Shown here: positions 39,191-53,035 of the stretch, in pieces
How the letters are laid out: each line of letters opens with the position of its first letter
Position numbering within the stretch: position 1 is the stretch's first letter
NCBI RefSeq assembly: GCF_004010195.1
Contig: NC_057720.1
Coordinates: forward strand, 20,711,839 to 20,775,838
Origin: Chiloscyllium plagiosum
Taxonomy: Eukaryota
Reading direction: 5' to 3'
DNA length: 64,000 nucleotides
Notes under the pieces: model-generated
The model's input: the letters and a program-made list of their open reading frames with translations, nothing else
Databases searched by the model: none
What the model was told of the DNA's origin: nothing
Program-made: the position numbers and the translations under genes

Positions 39191-40595
39191 TAATGGATAC
39201 AGTATGTATACATCTTTTGTGGCCACAGTCAGGGAGTTGAACCCAGAGTTTCTAGCCCACAGAGAAGAACACTACCAAGTGTGGAACCAGATTTCTCTCA
39301 TCCAAAAGTAGCATTAGATATCAATAAATATCCACTTCAAAATCAACAAAATGAATGTTAATTTTACTCTGTGTACTTAGTTTCTGACTGGCTAGTACTT
39401 TTGTAACATAAGGTGGCCCTGATTTTAAGTATTTCGAAAATTTAAAAATTCAATAGCAAAACATTTCAAAAACTGAGAAATGCCAGAAGTACTCAGGTCA
39501 GGCATCACCCATGGAGGGAAACAAGCGAAATGTCTCAAAACTAACAAAAGGCCACTAACCTGAAATATTAAGAGTTTCCAGCTGCTCGCCCTGCTATGTC
39601 CTTCCAACATTTTCTGTTTGAATTGCAACAAGAATCCCTTGAATCTTTCAATGCATTCCACAAAAAAATTAACATTTCTTTGCATTCTGACCAATTAACT
39701 GATGACCTAAATTAGGACTTGGATTGTATTCAGGGATTGAAAAGTTATTCAAAGAGAGGTTTCCAATTGCCTTATTTCCTATGAATCACATTTTGAAAAT
39801 GGCATATGGATAATTAAAGTTCAAAATGACCTTTAATTAAGGTCAGTGATACTTAAAACCATTGTGAGTTATATAATGGAATTTTCATGCTGCTTTCCGA
39901 AGAATGTGTAATTTATGTTGCCAGAGTTTTGGGTAATAAACATTTGTATTATCGCTTCGATGACTAATGCCTGTGGAATATTAACGTGAATCTTTCCAAG
40001 ACTGTTTTTCCCATACATGACTTTTCACAAAGCAGTTTCTCTTTTTTTGATAATGGGTGCAGAACCGAAGGATGCTGAGAACACCTCACACATTTCATTG
40101 AGAAAATAGGGATTTCATCATGAGTTCACAAATGGAAAAATTTAGTCTGATCCACCCTGAGAGTCCTGGATTTAAGCCTATTTTGTTTTGTCCCTTCCTT
40201 CCCCTTTCAACTGTTTGAGGTCACGATGAGAAAGTGACCATCACAAATAGAATATGAACAGTCAAGGGAGTAAAACCCACGCAGAATGTGAAATTCCAGC
40301 TTAATTCTTACAAAATGTTAAAATCACATGAAATAAATAGTAAACATCAATAATATTAATCAATGTAACATAACTACCAGATAGAAAGGAGCTACATTTC
40401 ACAAATCTGATAGTTTTAAGTTTGGGAACCTGCAAGTGAAGGGAAAAAAAAAAGGTCTTCCTGACATTGAGAAAATTTGAGACATGCACTCAAGAATGAT
40501 TAAATCTTCCAGGTTTCTACAGGTTCTATGCTCTATTTAAGTATTTGTAGCACATATTAATACAATGCATAATTCACACAAACAAAGGCTTTTTT

Positions 40596-41470
40596 TTGGA
40601 ATACTGCATGCAATTCTGGTTTTGTTGCTATAGGAAAGATGTTGTAAAACTTGAAACGGTTCTGAAAAGATTTACAAGGATATTGCCAGGGTTGGAGAGT
40701 TTGAGTTATCGGGAGAGGCTGAATAGGCTAGGGCTATTTCCACCAGTGTATCGGTATCTGAGGAGTGACATTATCGAAGTTTATAAAATCATAAGGGACA
40801 TGGATAGGGTAAATAGGCAAGGTTACTTCCCTGGGATGGGGGAGTCCAAAACTAGAGGGCATAGGTTTAAGGTGAGAGGGGAAAGATTTAAAAGGGACTT
40901 AAAAGTGGTCAAAGTTTTCACATAGAGGGTGGTACGTGTATGGAAAGGGCTGCCAGAGGAAGTGGTGGAGACTGGTACAATTACACGGCTGCACGGTGGC
41001 ATAGTGGTTAGCACTGCTGCCTCACAGCGCCAGAGACCTGGGTTCGATTCCAGCCTCAGGCAACTGTCTGTGTGGAGTTTGCACATTCTCTCCGTGTCTG
41101 CGTGGGTTTCCTCCGGGTGCTCCGGTTTCCTCCCACAGTCCAAAAATGTGCACATTAGGTGAACTGGCCATGCTAAATTGCCCCTAGTGTTAGGTGAAAG
41201 GGTAAATGTAGGGGAAAGGGTCTGGGTGGGTTGCTCTTCGGAGGGTCGGTGTGGACTTGTTGGCCCGAAGGGCCTGTTTCCACACTGTAAGTAATCTAAC
41301 CTAATTGACACAACATTTAAAATGCATCTGGATAAGTATATGAATAAGAATGATTTAGAGAGATATGGCCAACTACTGGCATAAGGGACTCGATTAATTT
41401 AGGATATCTAGTCTGAATGCACGAGTTGGACCACTGGGTCTGTTTACAAGCTGTACATCTCTATGACCCT
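40596..41470 (+). mobile_element. CR1 3' fragment with HE1 SINE inserted at about 40986-41305
   Basis: EYCMQFW...KRFTRILPGL peptide; full SINE; CR1 resumes at caacatttaaaatgcatctgga. Confidence 0.88.
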
Positions 41471-41859
41471 AACCTCCAATAGGGAGGGGTATGGTTACAA
41501 AAGTGGACAAACACACAAAGTTAATATTTAAAAGTAAAGCTGACCACTCCTCCCTGATTAGAGATTTTGTTTTGAATTGTGATGGCACCTACAAATGACA
41601 TCAGTTGCAAAAGATAATAAATATCAACATAACAAATATGGTCAGAAGATAAAGGAGAACTCAATAGTTGCCCTGAGACAGAAGGGATTAGGTGGGCAGG
41701 AATAGCATGAGTATAGAATGGGAAATTGGGATGGGGGTTCAATGGCATGAAATGGATTGAATGGAGAATGGGGTAAATGGAATGGAGAACGGTAAAAGGG
41801 ATGGAGCAGCAGGAATGGGACTGATCAGATGCAAGGTGGATGAAATATAATGAAATGGA

Positions 41860-43400
41860 GATTTTAACAAGCCAACTTCCAGTACTCTGGCACCCTCCCT
41901 GACTCCAGTGATTCCTCAAAGATCATCACCATTGCCTTTACAATCTCCTCAGTTATCTCATTCAGAACTCTAGAGTATTGGCCATCAGTTACAGGTAAGT
42001 AATCCACCTTCAGACTTTTCAGATTCCCCAACACCACTTCCTTAGTGACAGCTACTACACTCAGTCTGCCCTCTGTCTTGAAGTTCTGGTGTGCTGCTGC
42101 TGTCTTAACATAGAACATTACAGCACAGTACTGGCCCTTCGGCCCTCGATGTTGCGCCGACCTGTCATACCAACCTGAAGCCCATCTAACCTACACTATT
42201 CCATGTATGTCCATATGCTTGTCCAATGACGACTTAAATATACTTAAAGTTGGCGAATCTTTTACCGTTGCAGGCAAAGCATTCCATACCCTTACTACTC
42301 TCTGAGTAAAGAAACTACCTCTGGCATCTGTCCTATATCTACCACCCCTCAATTTAAAGCTATGCCCCTCGTGCTCGCCGTCACCATACTTGGAAAAAGG
42401 CTCTTCTACTGTGAAAACTGATATGTTTTGGTATGTTAAAGAATTAGGGATCACATAACCGCATCATTCCACAGTAAGACCATAAAATACAGGTGCAGAA
42501 TTACATAATTCAGCCCAGAGTATACTCCTACATTAAATCGTGTTTATGTTTTGCAACCCCATCCTTAATAACGAACTCTGAAATTTAAAACAGGTCAGGC
42601 TAACTGGTCTTTAGCTTCTTGTCTTCAGCCTCCCTCCCTTCTTAAATAAGGATGTTACAATCACCAATTTCCAATACTCTGGCACCCTCCTTGACTCCAG
42701 TGATTCCTCAAAGATGACCACCATTGCCTCAGTTATGTCCTTCAGAATTCTGGGGTATAATGCATCAGGTGCAGATGATTAATTCATCCTCAGAATTTTC
42801 AGATTCCCCAAAACTTTCTCCATCGTGACAGTTACTACATCCAACTATGTTCGGTCTTGAAGTTTTGGTATGTTGCTGGTGTCTTCTACTGTGAAAACTG
42901 ATAGAATGTACCCAGTCAATTCCCTCTGCCTGTTCTTTGTTCCTCAATACTACTACTCCAATCTCATTTCCCAGCAATCCAATTTCCACTCGTCACTCTT
43001 ACCTTTTACATATCTAAAAATATTCTTGCAATCTTCTTTTCAATCATGAGCTAGCTTAGTCTCATATTTCATCTTCGCCCTTCGCACCCCCCACCTTACT
43101 GCAATTTTAATTATCCTCAGCTGGTTTTTAAAGGCTTTCCAATGCTCTGGCTTTCCACTAATTTTCACTGCATTGTAATTTTTATCTTTCATTTTTGTGC
43201 TGCCCCCGACTTCCCTTATCACCCATGGTTGTCTAATCCTCTGCTTTGTATGCCTCTTCTTTCTTGGGATGAATTTCTGCCTAGCTTCCCAAATTATTCC
43301 CCCAAAACATCTGCCACTGCTGCTCTACCATCTTCCCTGCTCAGCTCCTCTTCCAATCAACTCTGGCCAGCTCATCCCTCATGCCTTTGCAGTTACCTCA
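41860..43400 (-). mobile_element. CR1 ORF2 fragments with an internal duplicated segment and a nested CR1 3' end (about 42108-42402)
   Basis: About 41875-42105 resembles 42665-42885 (tactctggcaccctcc.tgactccagtgattcctcaaagat); the nested piece encodes FFTQRVVRVWNALP. Confidence 0.75.
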
Positions 43401-43699
43401 TTATATGTTGGAGTGTTTCGATTTCAAGATTTAAACCTTCCAAGCATTTCAAGTTGTTAACGAGACAATATTCCTACAGAAATGATTTCAAATTTGGACA
43501 CATGCTGAAGTGGAGAATGGACCAGCCTTTCTGATTAATCTTGTCTTATCTGATCAATTTTTAAAATCTTTTACAGGGAAACCAACATGTGCCATACATC
43601 GAGAAACAAACTTAGATTTGCATCAAGGCTAGAGACAAAGTATATCCCATAAAGAATCAAAGCAAAAGTGAAATCCAGTGTGAAAGATTGGAGAGATAA

Positions 43700-44020
43700 G
43701 ATTAGATTCACCACAGTATGGAAACAGGCCCTTCGGCCCAATAAGTCCACACCAAACCTCTGAAGAGCAACCCACCTGACCCATTACCCTATTGTATACA
43801 TTCCCCTGACTAGTACACCTAACACTATGGGCAATTTAGCATGGCCAATTTTCCTGACCTGCACATCTTTGAATTGTGGAAGGAAACCAGACTACCCAGA
43901 GGAAACCCACGCAAACATGGCGAGAATGTGCAAACTCCACATAGATGGTTGCCCAAGGCAGGAATCGAACCCAGGTCCATGGCACTGAGAAGCAGCAATG
44001 TTAACCACTGAACCGTCATG
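43700..44020 (-). mobile_element. HE1/V-SINE
   Basis: Reverse-complement tRNA head, V core and tail. Confidence 0.85.
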
Positions 44021-44327
44021 ATAGTAACAGACAGGACATGAATCTTGCAAGAATTTTCACTTAAAGCAAGCCACACGATAATTGATGCTGCGGAGCAAAA
44101 CAAAATTTAAATCAGAATTAAACACAGCAGATCACAGTTCCCACATAAGGTACTTGTGGAGGTCAAGAATATGGAACAGAATCCATTGTGATACTCCCAC
44201 TTCAAGTAGACCTTTGGGACTCACTGGAATGCTGACACGCAAATGACTGCCACGTAGAAGCTAGATACTGCAACTGAACTGCACACCGTAAATACACCCG
44301 GAGAAAAAGTAGAAAATAAGTTAAAGT

Positions 44328-45562
44328 GTCATAGAGATGTACAGCACAGAAACAGACCCTTCGGTCCAACTTGTCCATGCCGACCAGATATCCCAACCCA
44401 ATCTCGTCCCACCTGCCAGCACCCGGCCCATATCCCTCCAAACCCTTCCTATTCATATATCCATCCAAATGCCATTTAAATGCTGCAATTGTACCACCCT
44501 CCACCACTTCCTCTGGCAGCTCATTCCATACACATATCACCCTCTGCGTGAAAAAGTTGCCCCTTAGATGTCTTTTATATCTTTCCCCTCTCACTCTAAA
44601 CCTTTGCCCTCTAGTTCTGGACTACCTAACCCCATGGAAAAGACTTTATCTATTTATCCTATCCATGCCCCTCATGATTTTATAAATCTCTATAAGGTCA
44701 CCCCTCAGCCTCCGATGCTCCAGAGAAAACAGCTCTAGTCTATCCAACCTTTAAGTCTATAGCTTAAATCCTCTAATCTAGGCAACACCCCTGTAAATCT
44801 TTTCTGAATTCTTTCAAGTTTCACAACATCCCTTTGATAGGAAGGAGACCAGAATTGCACAATATTCCAACAGTGGCCTAACCAATGTCCTGTACAGCCA
44901 CAACATGACCTCCCAACTCCTATACTCAATACTCTGACCAATAAAGGAAAGCATACCAAATGCCTTCTACACTATCCTATCTACCTGTGACTCCACTTTC
45001 AAGGAGCTATGAACCTGCACTCCAAGGTCTCTTTGTTCAGCAACACTCCCCAGGACCTTACCATTAAATCCTAATAAGATTTGCTTTCCCAAAATGCAGC
45101 ACCTCACATTTATCTAAATTAAACTCCATCTGCCACGCCTCAGCTCACTGGCCCATCTAATCAAGATCCCATTGTAATCAGAGGCAACCTTCTTTGCTGT
45201 CCACTACACCTCCAATTTTGGTGTCATCTGCCAACTTACTAACTACACCTCTAATGCTCACATCCAAATCATTTATCTAAAACATAAAAAAGTAGCGGAC
45301 CCAGCATGGATCCTTGTGGCACTCCCACTGGTCATAGGCCTCCAGTCTCAAAAACAACCCTCCACCACCACCTCATTCTTCTACCTTTGAGCCAGTTCTG
45401 TATCCAAATGGCTAGTTGTCCCCGTATTCCATGAGATCTAACCTTGCTAACGGGTTTCCCATGGGAAACCTCATTTAACGCCTTACTGAAGTCCATATAG
45501 ATCATATCCACCACTCTTCCCTCAACTATCTTTGTAACTTCTTCAAAAAACTCAATCAAGTT
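44328..45562 (-). mobile_element. CR1 RT/3' fragment
   Basis: NLIEFFEEVTK..DMIYMDFSKAL; NFFTQRVICVWNELP; 3' tail. Confidence 0.9.
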
Positions 45563-46109
45563 AGCCAAGAAAACTAAATTTGGAAAAAAACTCAACATTA
45601 TTATTACACTGTAATCAAATAAAATTTAAGTTATGCAAAATTACAAGAACAGAAAAAAGCCATTTAACATAGTACATTTGAATGCATTTTCAGCAGCTTT
45701 GATAAACAGCCATGTGCATTTTATTGAAGTGCTACAGAACAAAGCATCTATTTTCCAATGTTGTCAAAAGACTGACGCATGGGTTCAAAATACTATACAG
45801 AGAGGTTGAATCTCCAGACAGTATTACCTTTGTAGGTCACACAGACAGCTGAAGTAAGATTTTCCATTCACTCAAATAGTTCTTCAGACATGTTGTTAGA
45901 ACAGTTTCTTACACAGTGTCTGGCGTGTGTCCAAGACCAAGAGCCTGCCACCAGATGTCTTGATTTGCAATGGGGTAACATAGAATGTTGTTGTTTGTGC
46001 TGAGTTGGAGAAGTCATTAGTCACTACAGAATAATTGGAACTGAAGAGCCCAGAACTTCCGCTAACCTTTAGGTTAGAGGCTGATCTAGTGCATTAGAAG
46101 TTGAAACAT

Positions 46110-46412
46110 CGCACGGTGGCACAATGGTTAGCACTGCTGCCTCACAGCGCCAGAGACCCAGGTTCAAATCCAGCCTCGGGCAACTGTCTGTGTGGGGTAT
46201 GGGTGGGTTGCGCTTCGGCGGGGCGGTGTGGATTTGTTGGGTCGAAGGGCCTGTTTCCACACTGTAAGTAATCTAATCTAATCTAAATTTTCCGTAGTGT
46301 TAGGTGAAGGAGTAAATGTAGGGGAAATGGTCTGGGTGGGTTGCTCTTCTGAGGGTCGGTGTAGACTTGTTGGGCCGAAGGGCCTGTTTCCACACTGAGT
46401 AATCTAATCTAA
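46110..46412 (+). mobile_element. Internally deleted HE1 SINE (46110-46285) followed by a SINE 3' half (46286-46412)
   Basis: Two (taatc)n tails; the second piece starts at aaattttccgtagtgttaggtgaagg. Confidence 0.8.
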
Positions 46413-46670
46413 TTTTATCAGTCCATCCTGATGAAGGGCTTTTGCCCGAACATCGATTTCTCTGCTCCTCGGGTGCTGCTTGACCTGTGCTTTTCCAGCG
46501 CCATACTCTTGACTGTAACATTTAAAAGGCTTTTGGAAAGGTACCTGAATAGGAATGGTTTAAAGATATATGGGCCAAATGCAGACAACTGCAATTGGTT
46601 TAGTTTGAGAAACTTGGTTGACATGGACATCTTGGACCAAAAGATCTGTTTTCATGCTTTTTGAGTGTAT
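46413..46670 (+). mobile_element. Family A arm (46425-46513) followed by CR1 3' end
   Basis: cctgatgaagggcttttgcccgaacatcg..., then taacatttaaaaggc...CR1 3' UTR. Confidence 0.8.
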
Positions 46671-47002
46671 GGCTCCATCAGGATTTTGTGGTTACACATG
46701 TTTAACGTGTCCATGTTCTAACTTCAGTCCGTTGGAGTATTGGATATATTTTGTTTCCTACAGTTATACAGTCACTTCGGGAATGTACTTAACAGCAACT
46801 AACCTAGTATCAGTACTGAGATTTTTGAAAAGGATAGTTGTTGACTCATATGTATCTGCTTCTGAGGTTGAGAACAGCACCTTTAATTTTATGATTCATA
46901 GTTTATGATTTTAAATAGTCAGATAAAAGTAATAGATATGCAAGACCAAATGGAGTTCTCATTGATGGACTGTATTTGGAGGTTTCCCATATTTTCTGTT
47001 TA

Positions 47003-48033
47003 ATTAGATTAGATTACTTACAGTGTGGAAACAGGCCCTTCGGCCCAGCAAGTCCACCGACCCTCCGAAGAGCAACCCACCCAGAACCATTCCCCTACAC
47101 CTAACACTATATGGGCAATTTAGCATGGCCAATCCATCTAACCTGCACATTTTTGGACTGTGGGAGGAAACCAGAGCACACAGACACGGGGAGAATGTGC
47201 AAACTCCACACAGTCACCTGAGGCAGGAATTGAACCAGAGTCTCTGGCGGTGAGGCAGCAGTGCTAACCACTGTGCTACCGTGCAGCCGTGTAATTGTAC
47301 CAGTCTCCTCCACTTCCTTTGGCAGATCTTTCCAAACACGTACCACCCTTTATGTGAAAATGTGGCCCCTTTAAGTCCCTTTTAAATCTTTCCCCTCTCA
47401 CCTTAATTTTTTGCAACTGATATCATTTGTAGATGCCATTGCAATTCAAAACAAAACCTCTAATCAGGAAGGAGTGGTCAGCTTTACTTTTAAATGTTAA
47501 CTTTGTGTGTTTGTCCACTTTTGCAGCCATACCCCTCCCCGTTGGAGGTTAGGGTCATAGAGATGTACAGCTTGTAAACAGACTTAGTGGTGCAACTCGT
47601 GCATGCAGACCAACTATCCTAAATTAATCGAGTCCCATTTGCCAGTATTTGGCCATGTCTCTCTCAACCCTTCTGGTTCATATACCTATCCAGATGCCTT
47701 TTAAATGTTGTGTCGATTAGATTAGGTTACTTAATGTGGAAACAGGCCCTTCGACCCAACAAGCCCACACCGACCCTCCAAAGAGCAACCCACCCAGACC
47801 CTTTCCCCTACATTTACCCCTTCACCTAACACTACGGGCAATTTAGCATGGCCAATTCACCTAACCTGCACATCTTTAGACTGTGGGAGGAAACCGGAGC
47901 ACCCGGAGGAAATCCACGCAGACACGGGGAGAACGTGCAAACTTCACACAGTCAGTTGCCTGAGGCGGGAATTGAACCCGAGTCTCTGGCGCTGTGAGGC
48001 AGCAGTGCTAACCACTGTGCCACCGTGCCGCCC
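47003..48033 (-). repeat. Inverted, circularly permuted duplicate of 40867-41612 bounded by two HE1 SINEs
   Basis: 47003-47406 matches reverse complement of about 40867-41305; 47409-47740 matches reverse complement of about 41285-41612, including non-repeat flank. Confidence 0.85.
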
Positions 48034-48034
48034 A

Positions 48035-48570
48035 CAAGGGCTTTTGCCCGAAATGTCGATTCTCCTGCTCCTTGGGTGCTGCCTGACCTGCTGTGCTGTT
48101 CCAGTGCCACACTCTCGACTCTGATCTCCAGCATCTGCAATCTTACTTTCGCCTTTTAATGTTATAACTGTACCTCCATTTACCACTTCCTCTGGAATCC
48201 ATTCCACATACAAACCAACCTATGTGCAAAGAGTTACCCCTCAAGTCCTTCACAAATCTTTCTCCTCTCAACTTAAAATTATGCCCCCTAGTTTTGAACT
48301 CACCCACCTGAAGGAAAAGATCTTTGCTACTCACCTTATCTATGCACCTCATGATTTTATAAACTTTTAAGGTCATCCTCCAATCTCCTATGCTCCAGTG
48401 AAAATGTCCCAGACTATCTTTATAATTTTATAACTCAAGTCCTGGCAACATCCTGATAATCTTTTCTAAACCTTCCCCAATTTAATAACGTCCTACGTAT
48501 AGCAGGACAACCAGAACTGTACACAGCACTCCAAAACAGGCTTCACCAATGTCCTGCACAACCTCAACAT
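48035..48570 (-). mobile_element. Family A arm (48035-48151) and CR1 fragment (48152-48570)
   Basis: KVYKIMRCIDKV...KTRGHNFKLRG peptide; family A terminus. Confidence 0.8.
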
Positions 48571-49151
48571 GAGCGTGTGTGCTGACTAATAAGACTGAAA
48601 AAGCTAAATTTTCAAAGCCTTTCATGTTATGAAGCATGTTGTGACTGGGGTCGTTGCAGAAGAAACTTTTCAGAAAGATAAAGTACAGCTTAGTACCTTG
48701 GTTATAATATGAACAGCAGTCAAGATTGAAGTAAATATATTACAGAGCCTTAAATATTAGACTCAAGTAATAATTTTACAAATCTTGCAAAGTTTATCTG
48801 ATTTGATTTTTATCTGTTGAATTAGTTTAACTTACTTTGGGGTATCTATATTTATAAACTATGACAACATCTGTACAGGGTAAAAATGCCACAGTATCTA
48901 TCTTATCTTCTACACCATCTATTTGAAACCTGCCTGATAATTCTCTTACTGATCTAATTACCACATTACATATTTCATTCGGGTTATTTACTTTGTGTAG
49001 CTATTGATGACTTGGCAGATATCAGAAGTTAGCAACACAAAACTACAGGGAGTACTGGGGATATTGCATAACGGATTCAATACTTTTACTATTTTAATTT
49101 TTAAAAAATCTTTGGGAGACGGTTAAGAAAAGAAATTATGAATATTCTTAG

Positions 49152-50155
49152 AGTCATAGAGATGAACAGCATGGAAACAGACCCTTTGGTCCAACCCGTC
49201 CATGCCGACCAGATATCCCAACCCAATCTAGTCCTACCTGCCAGCACCTGGCCCATATCCCTCCAAACCCTTCCTATGATATACCCATCCAAATGCCTCT
49301 TAAATGTTGCAATTGTACCAGCCTCCACCACATCCTCTGGCAGCTCATTCCATACACGTACCACCCTCTGCGTGAAAACGTTGCCCATTAGGTCTCTTTT
49401 ATATCTTGCCCCTTTCACCCTAAACCTATGCCCTCTAGTTCTGGACTCCCCGACCCCAGGGAAAAGACTTTGTCTATTTATCCTATCCATGCCCCTCAGT
49501 TTTGTAAACCTCTATAAGGTCACCCCTCAGCCTCCGACGCTCCAGGGAAAACAGCCCCAGCCTGTTCAGCCTCTCCCTGTAGCTCAGATCCTCCAACCCT
49601 GGCAACATCCTTGGAAATCTTTTCTGAACCCTTTCAAGTTTCACATCTTTTCGATAGAAAGGAGACCAGAATTGCACGCATTATTCCAGCAGTGGCCTAA
49701 CCAATGTCCTGTAGAGCCGCAACATGACCTCCCAACTCCTGTACTCCGACCAATAAAGGAAAGCATACCAAACTCCTTCTTCACTATCCTATCTACCTGC
49801 GACTCCACTTTCAAGGAGTTATGAACCTGCACTCCCATGGTCTCTTTGTTCAGCAACACTCCCTAGGACCTTACCATTAAGTGTAGAAGTCCTGCTAAGA
49901 TTTGCTTTCCCAAAATACAGCACCTCGCATTTATCTGAATTAAACTCCATCTGCCACTTCTCAGCCCATTAACCCATCTGTTCCAGATCCTGTTGTAATC
50001 TGAGATAACCCTCTTCGCTGTCCACTACACCTCCAATTTTGGTGTCATCTGCAACCTTACTAACTGTACCTCTTATGCTCGCATTTATGTAAATGACAAA
50101 AAGTAGAGGGCCCAGCACCGATCCTTGTGGCACTCCACTGGTCACAGGCCTCCAG
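49152..50155 (-). mobile_element. Young CR1 RT/3' fragment
   Basis: Close to the 681-3165 copy; ends ctctatgactcta. Confidence 0.92.
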
Positions 50156-50159
50156 GTGT

Positions 50160-51030
50160 GACATCAAACTGAAAGTAAAGCACCTAATTGCACAAAGACA
50201 GGTGGCAGATCAGAAATTGGACAGAATGTAACAAACAGCAAAGAATGACCAAAACATTACAGTGTAGACACAATTGATGTAGGGTCTCTTTCTATGCTGT
50301 AAAACTGATCTAAAAAGAGAAAAGTTAGAATACATGAGGAAAAACTAGCCAAAACCACAAGTAAGAGTTTCTATAAATATTTCAAGAGTTAGTAAAGTGA
50401 GTATTGGTCCGATAGATAGACTGGAGAATTAATAATGGAAAATAAGGAAATGGCAGATGAACTGAACAAGGTATTTTGCATCAGCCTTCATTATGAAGGA
50501 TACAAGTGACATGCCAGAAACAGAAACAAAAATCAGAAAATGGAATGGAGGAAGGAACTCAAGAATACCACAAATCGCCAGAGAAGTTACAATGGATAAA
50601 TTATTGGAGCTGTAGGCTGACAAGTTCCAAGGCTTTGATGGACTTCATATAAAGGTCTTGATTCAGAAACAATTTCATTAAATTGCAAGATAGCAAAAAT
50701 AACACCTTTCTTCTAAAAGATACACATAAGGCAGAAGACTCCAGAGCTATTAACATCTATTACCTGAAAACTATCAGAAGCTATCAAAGAAATTACAGCA
50801 CAGCATATGATAATCAGGCAAAGTCAATATGGTTTTGTAAAAGGGAAATTTATCGGGAGTTCTTTTGAGGTTGCAATGTATTGTGGATAAAAGGGAAATG
50901 GTGGATGTATTGTACTTAGATTTCAAAAAAAACATTTGAAAAAATGTCCCATCAAGTTTATTGAGAAAAATTGAAGCTTGATGTTGGAGGTAGCTTATTT
51001 ACAATCGAGAGAACATTGGTCAGCTCGGAG
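50160..51030 (+). mobile_element. Highly degraded CR1 ORF2 fragment
   Basis: ggaaatggcagatgaactgaacaaggtattttgcatcagccttca; gtggatgtattgtacttagatttcaaaaaa (DV.YLDF.K). Confidence 0.6.
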
Positions 51031-51627
51031 AAAGGAGTAACCATGAATGTCTCTTTTTTAGGAGAGCAAGATGTTTATTGCCAAGGATTGAGTGATTTTC
51101 TTCAGTACGAGTGCTTTTTTTTAAGGCAGTGATCGACATTTCCTTATTCAGGAAGCAGGAGAAATTTTGTTTAGGTGAAGGAAGAAATGTGGATGAGATT
51201 ACAACTAGGTGAGGCATGGCCAGCAGTGTTCCTCAATTCAAATGTGCTTCACAGACTCAGCCAAGCTTCAGCAGGTAGCTTATGACAAAGCAATGAAAGT
51301 GTCACCAGCAATGCTTCAAAACGCTTCAAATTCAGTGGCAAGAAACGTCATCCAACAGCTTATTCTTTTCCAATCCAAGGTACCCAGCAGTGAGACGCTA
51401 ATCACGGAACATCAGGTCATCAGGCAGGATACATTCAAACATTTGTCACCACACTCCAAGAGCAACTGTTCTACTTGCAACTCTTGTCACAGCAAGATAG
51501 TAGACATACGATAGGGATGTTCTCAAAAGCATCCTGAAGTTTCGTCTGGTTCGTCTGGTTTGTCCTTTCATGGTATACAAGTTTAATAGATAGTATCTTG
51601 CAACATTAGAGCTTTATCGGTGTAAGG

Positions 51628-53035
51628 GTCATCGAGATGTACAGCACGCAAACAGACCCTTCATTCCAACTCGTTCATGCCCATCAGATATCCTAATCTA
51701 ATTGAGTCCCATTTGCCAGCACTTGACCCATATCCCTCGAAATTCTTCCTATTCATATACCCATCCAGATGCCTTTTAAATATTGCAATCGTACCAGCCT
51801 CTGCCATTTCCTCTGGCAGCTCATTCCACACACGCATCACCCTCCAAGAAAAAGTTTCTTTTTTATATCTTTCCCCTCTCACCCTAAACTTATGCCCTCT
51901 GCTTCTGGACACCCCAGGGAAGAGACCTTGTCTATCTACCCTATCCATATTGTTCATGATTTTATAAACCTCTATAAGGTCACCCCTCAGCCTCCGACAC
52001 TCCAGGGAAAACAGCCCCAGCCTATTCAGCCTGTCCCTATAGCTCAAATCCTCCAACCTTGGCAACATCCTTGCAAGTCTTTTCCGAACCCTTTCAGGTT
52101 TCACAACATCCTTCCGATAGGAAGGAGACCAGAATTGCACGCAATATTCCAACAGTGGCCGAACCATGTCCTGTACAGCCGCAACATGACCTCCCAACTC
52201 CTATACTCAATGCTCTCCAATAAAAGAAAGCATACCAAACGCCTTCCTCACTATCCTATCTACCTGCGATTTATGAATCTGCACTCCAAGGTCTCTTCGT
52301 TCAGCAACACTCCCGAGGACCTTACCATTAAGTGTACAAGCCCTGCTCTGATTTGCTTTCCCACAATGCAGCACTTACCTAAATTAAACTCCATCTGCCA
52401 CACCGCAGCCCATTGGCCTACATGATCAAGATGGGCTGCAGAGTGGCAGATGGAGTTTAATTTAGATAAATGCGAGGTGCTGCATTTTAGAAAAGCAAAT
52501 CTACACAGCAAATAGTTAAAGAATTGGCGCACAGTGATCCTTCGAGAAATAATGACCACATTCTAATAAGCAAATCCAACTGAAAACATAGTTAAGCTTA
52601 AGCTCAAGCGAAGGTCCAGCCTGGAAAACGACAGCTTCCATTAGCTGAGTAGATTGCATCTCTAAGTCAGACAAGGGTAATGGAGAACTGGCGAAGTGGG
52701 CTAAGTGAGGCAAATCATAGCGTCAGGGTCATACAGCACGGAAACAGACCTTTTGGTCCAACTTGTCTATGCTGGTTTCCCAAACTAAACTAATCCCATC
52801 TACCAGCGTTTGGCCCACATCCCTCTAATCCTTTTCTATTCATGTAACTATCTAAATGTCTTTTAAATGTTGTAACTGTACCTGCATCTACCACTTCCTC
52901 TGGCAGTTTATTCCTTATGTGAACTACTTTTTGTGTGTAAAAGTTATCACTCAGGTCCCAATCTTACCCTCAAGTTTTGAACCTCCTTACCCTGGAGAAA
53001 AGACCTTTGCTATTCACTTATCTATCCATGATCTT
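51628..53035 (-). mobile_element. CR1 3' fragments (51628-52425 with fold-back 52431-52502; 52728-53035)
   Basis: VRPLLEYCVQFWSPSYRKDV...WNELPEE peptide; CR1 3' UTRs. Confidence 0.85.

Noticed and set aside
41680..41860. Purine-rich (aatgg)-like tract and overlapping 132-aa ORF
   Set aside because: Degenerate low-complexity sequence.
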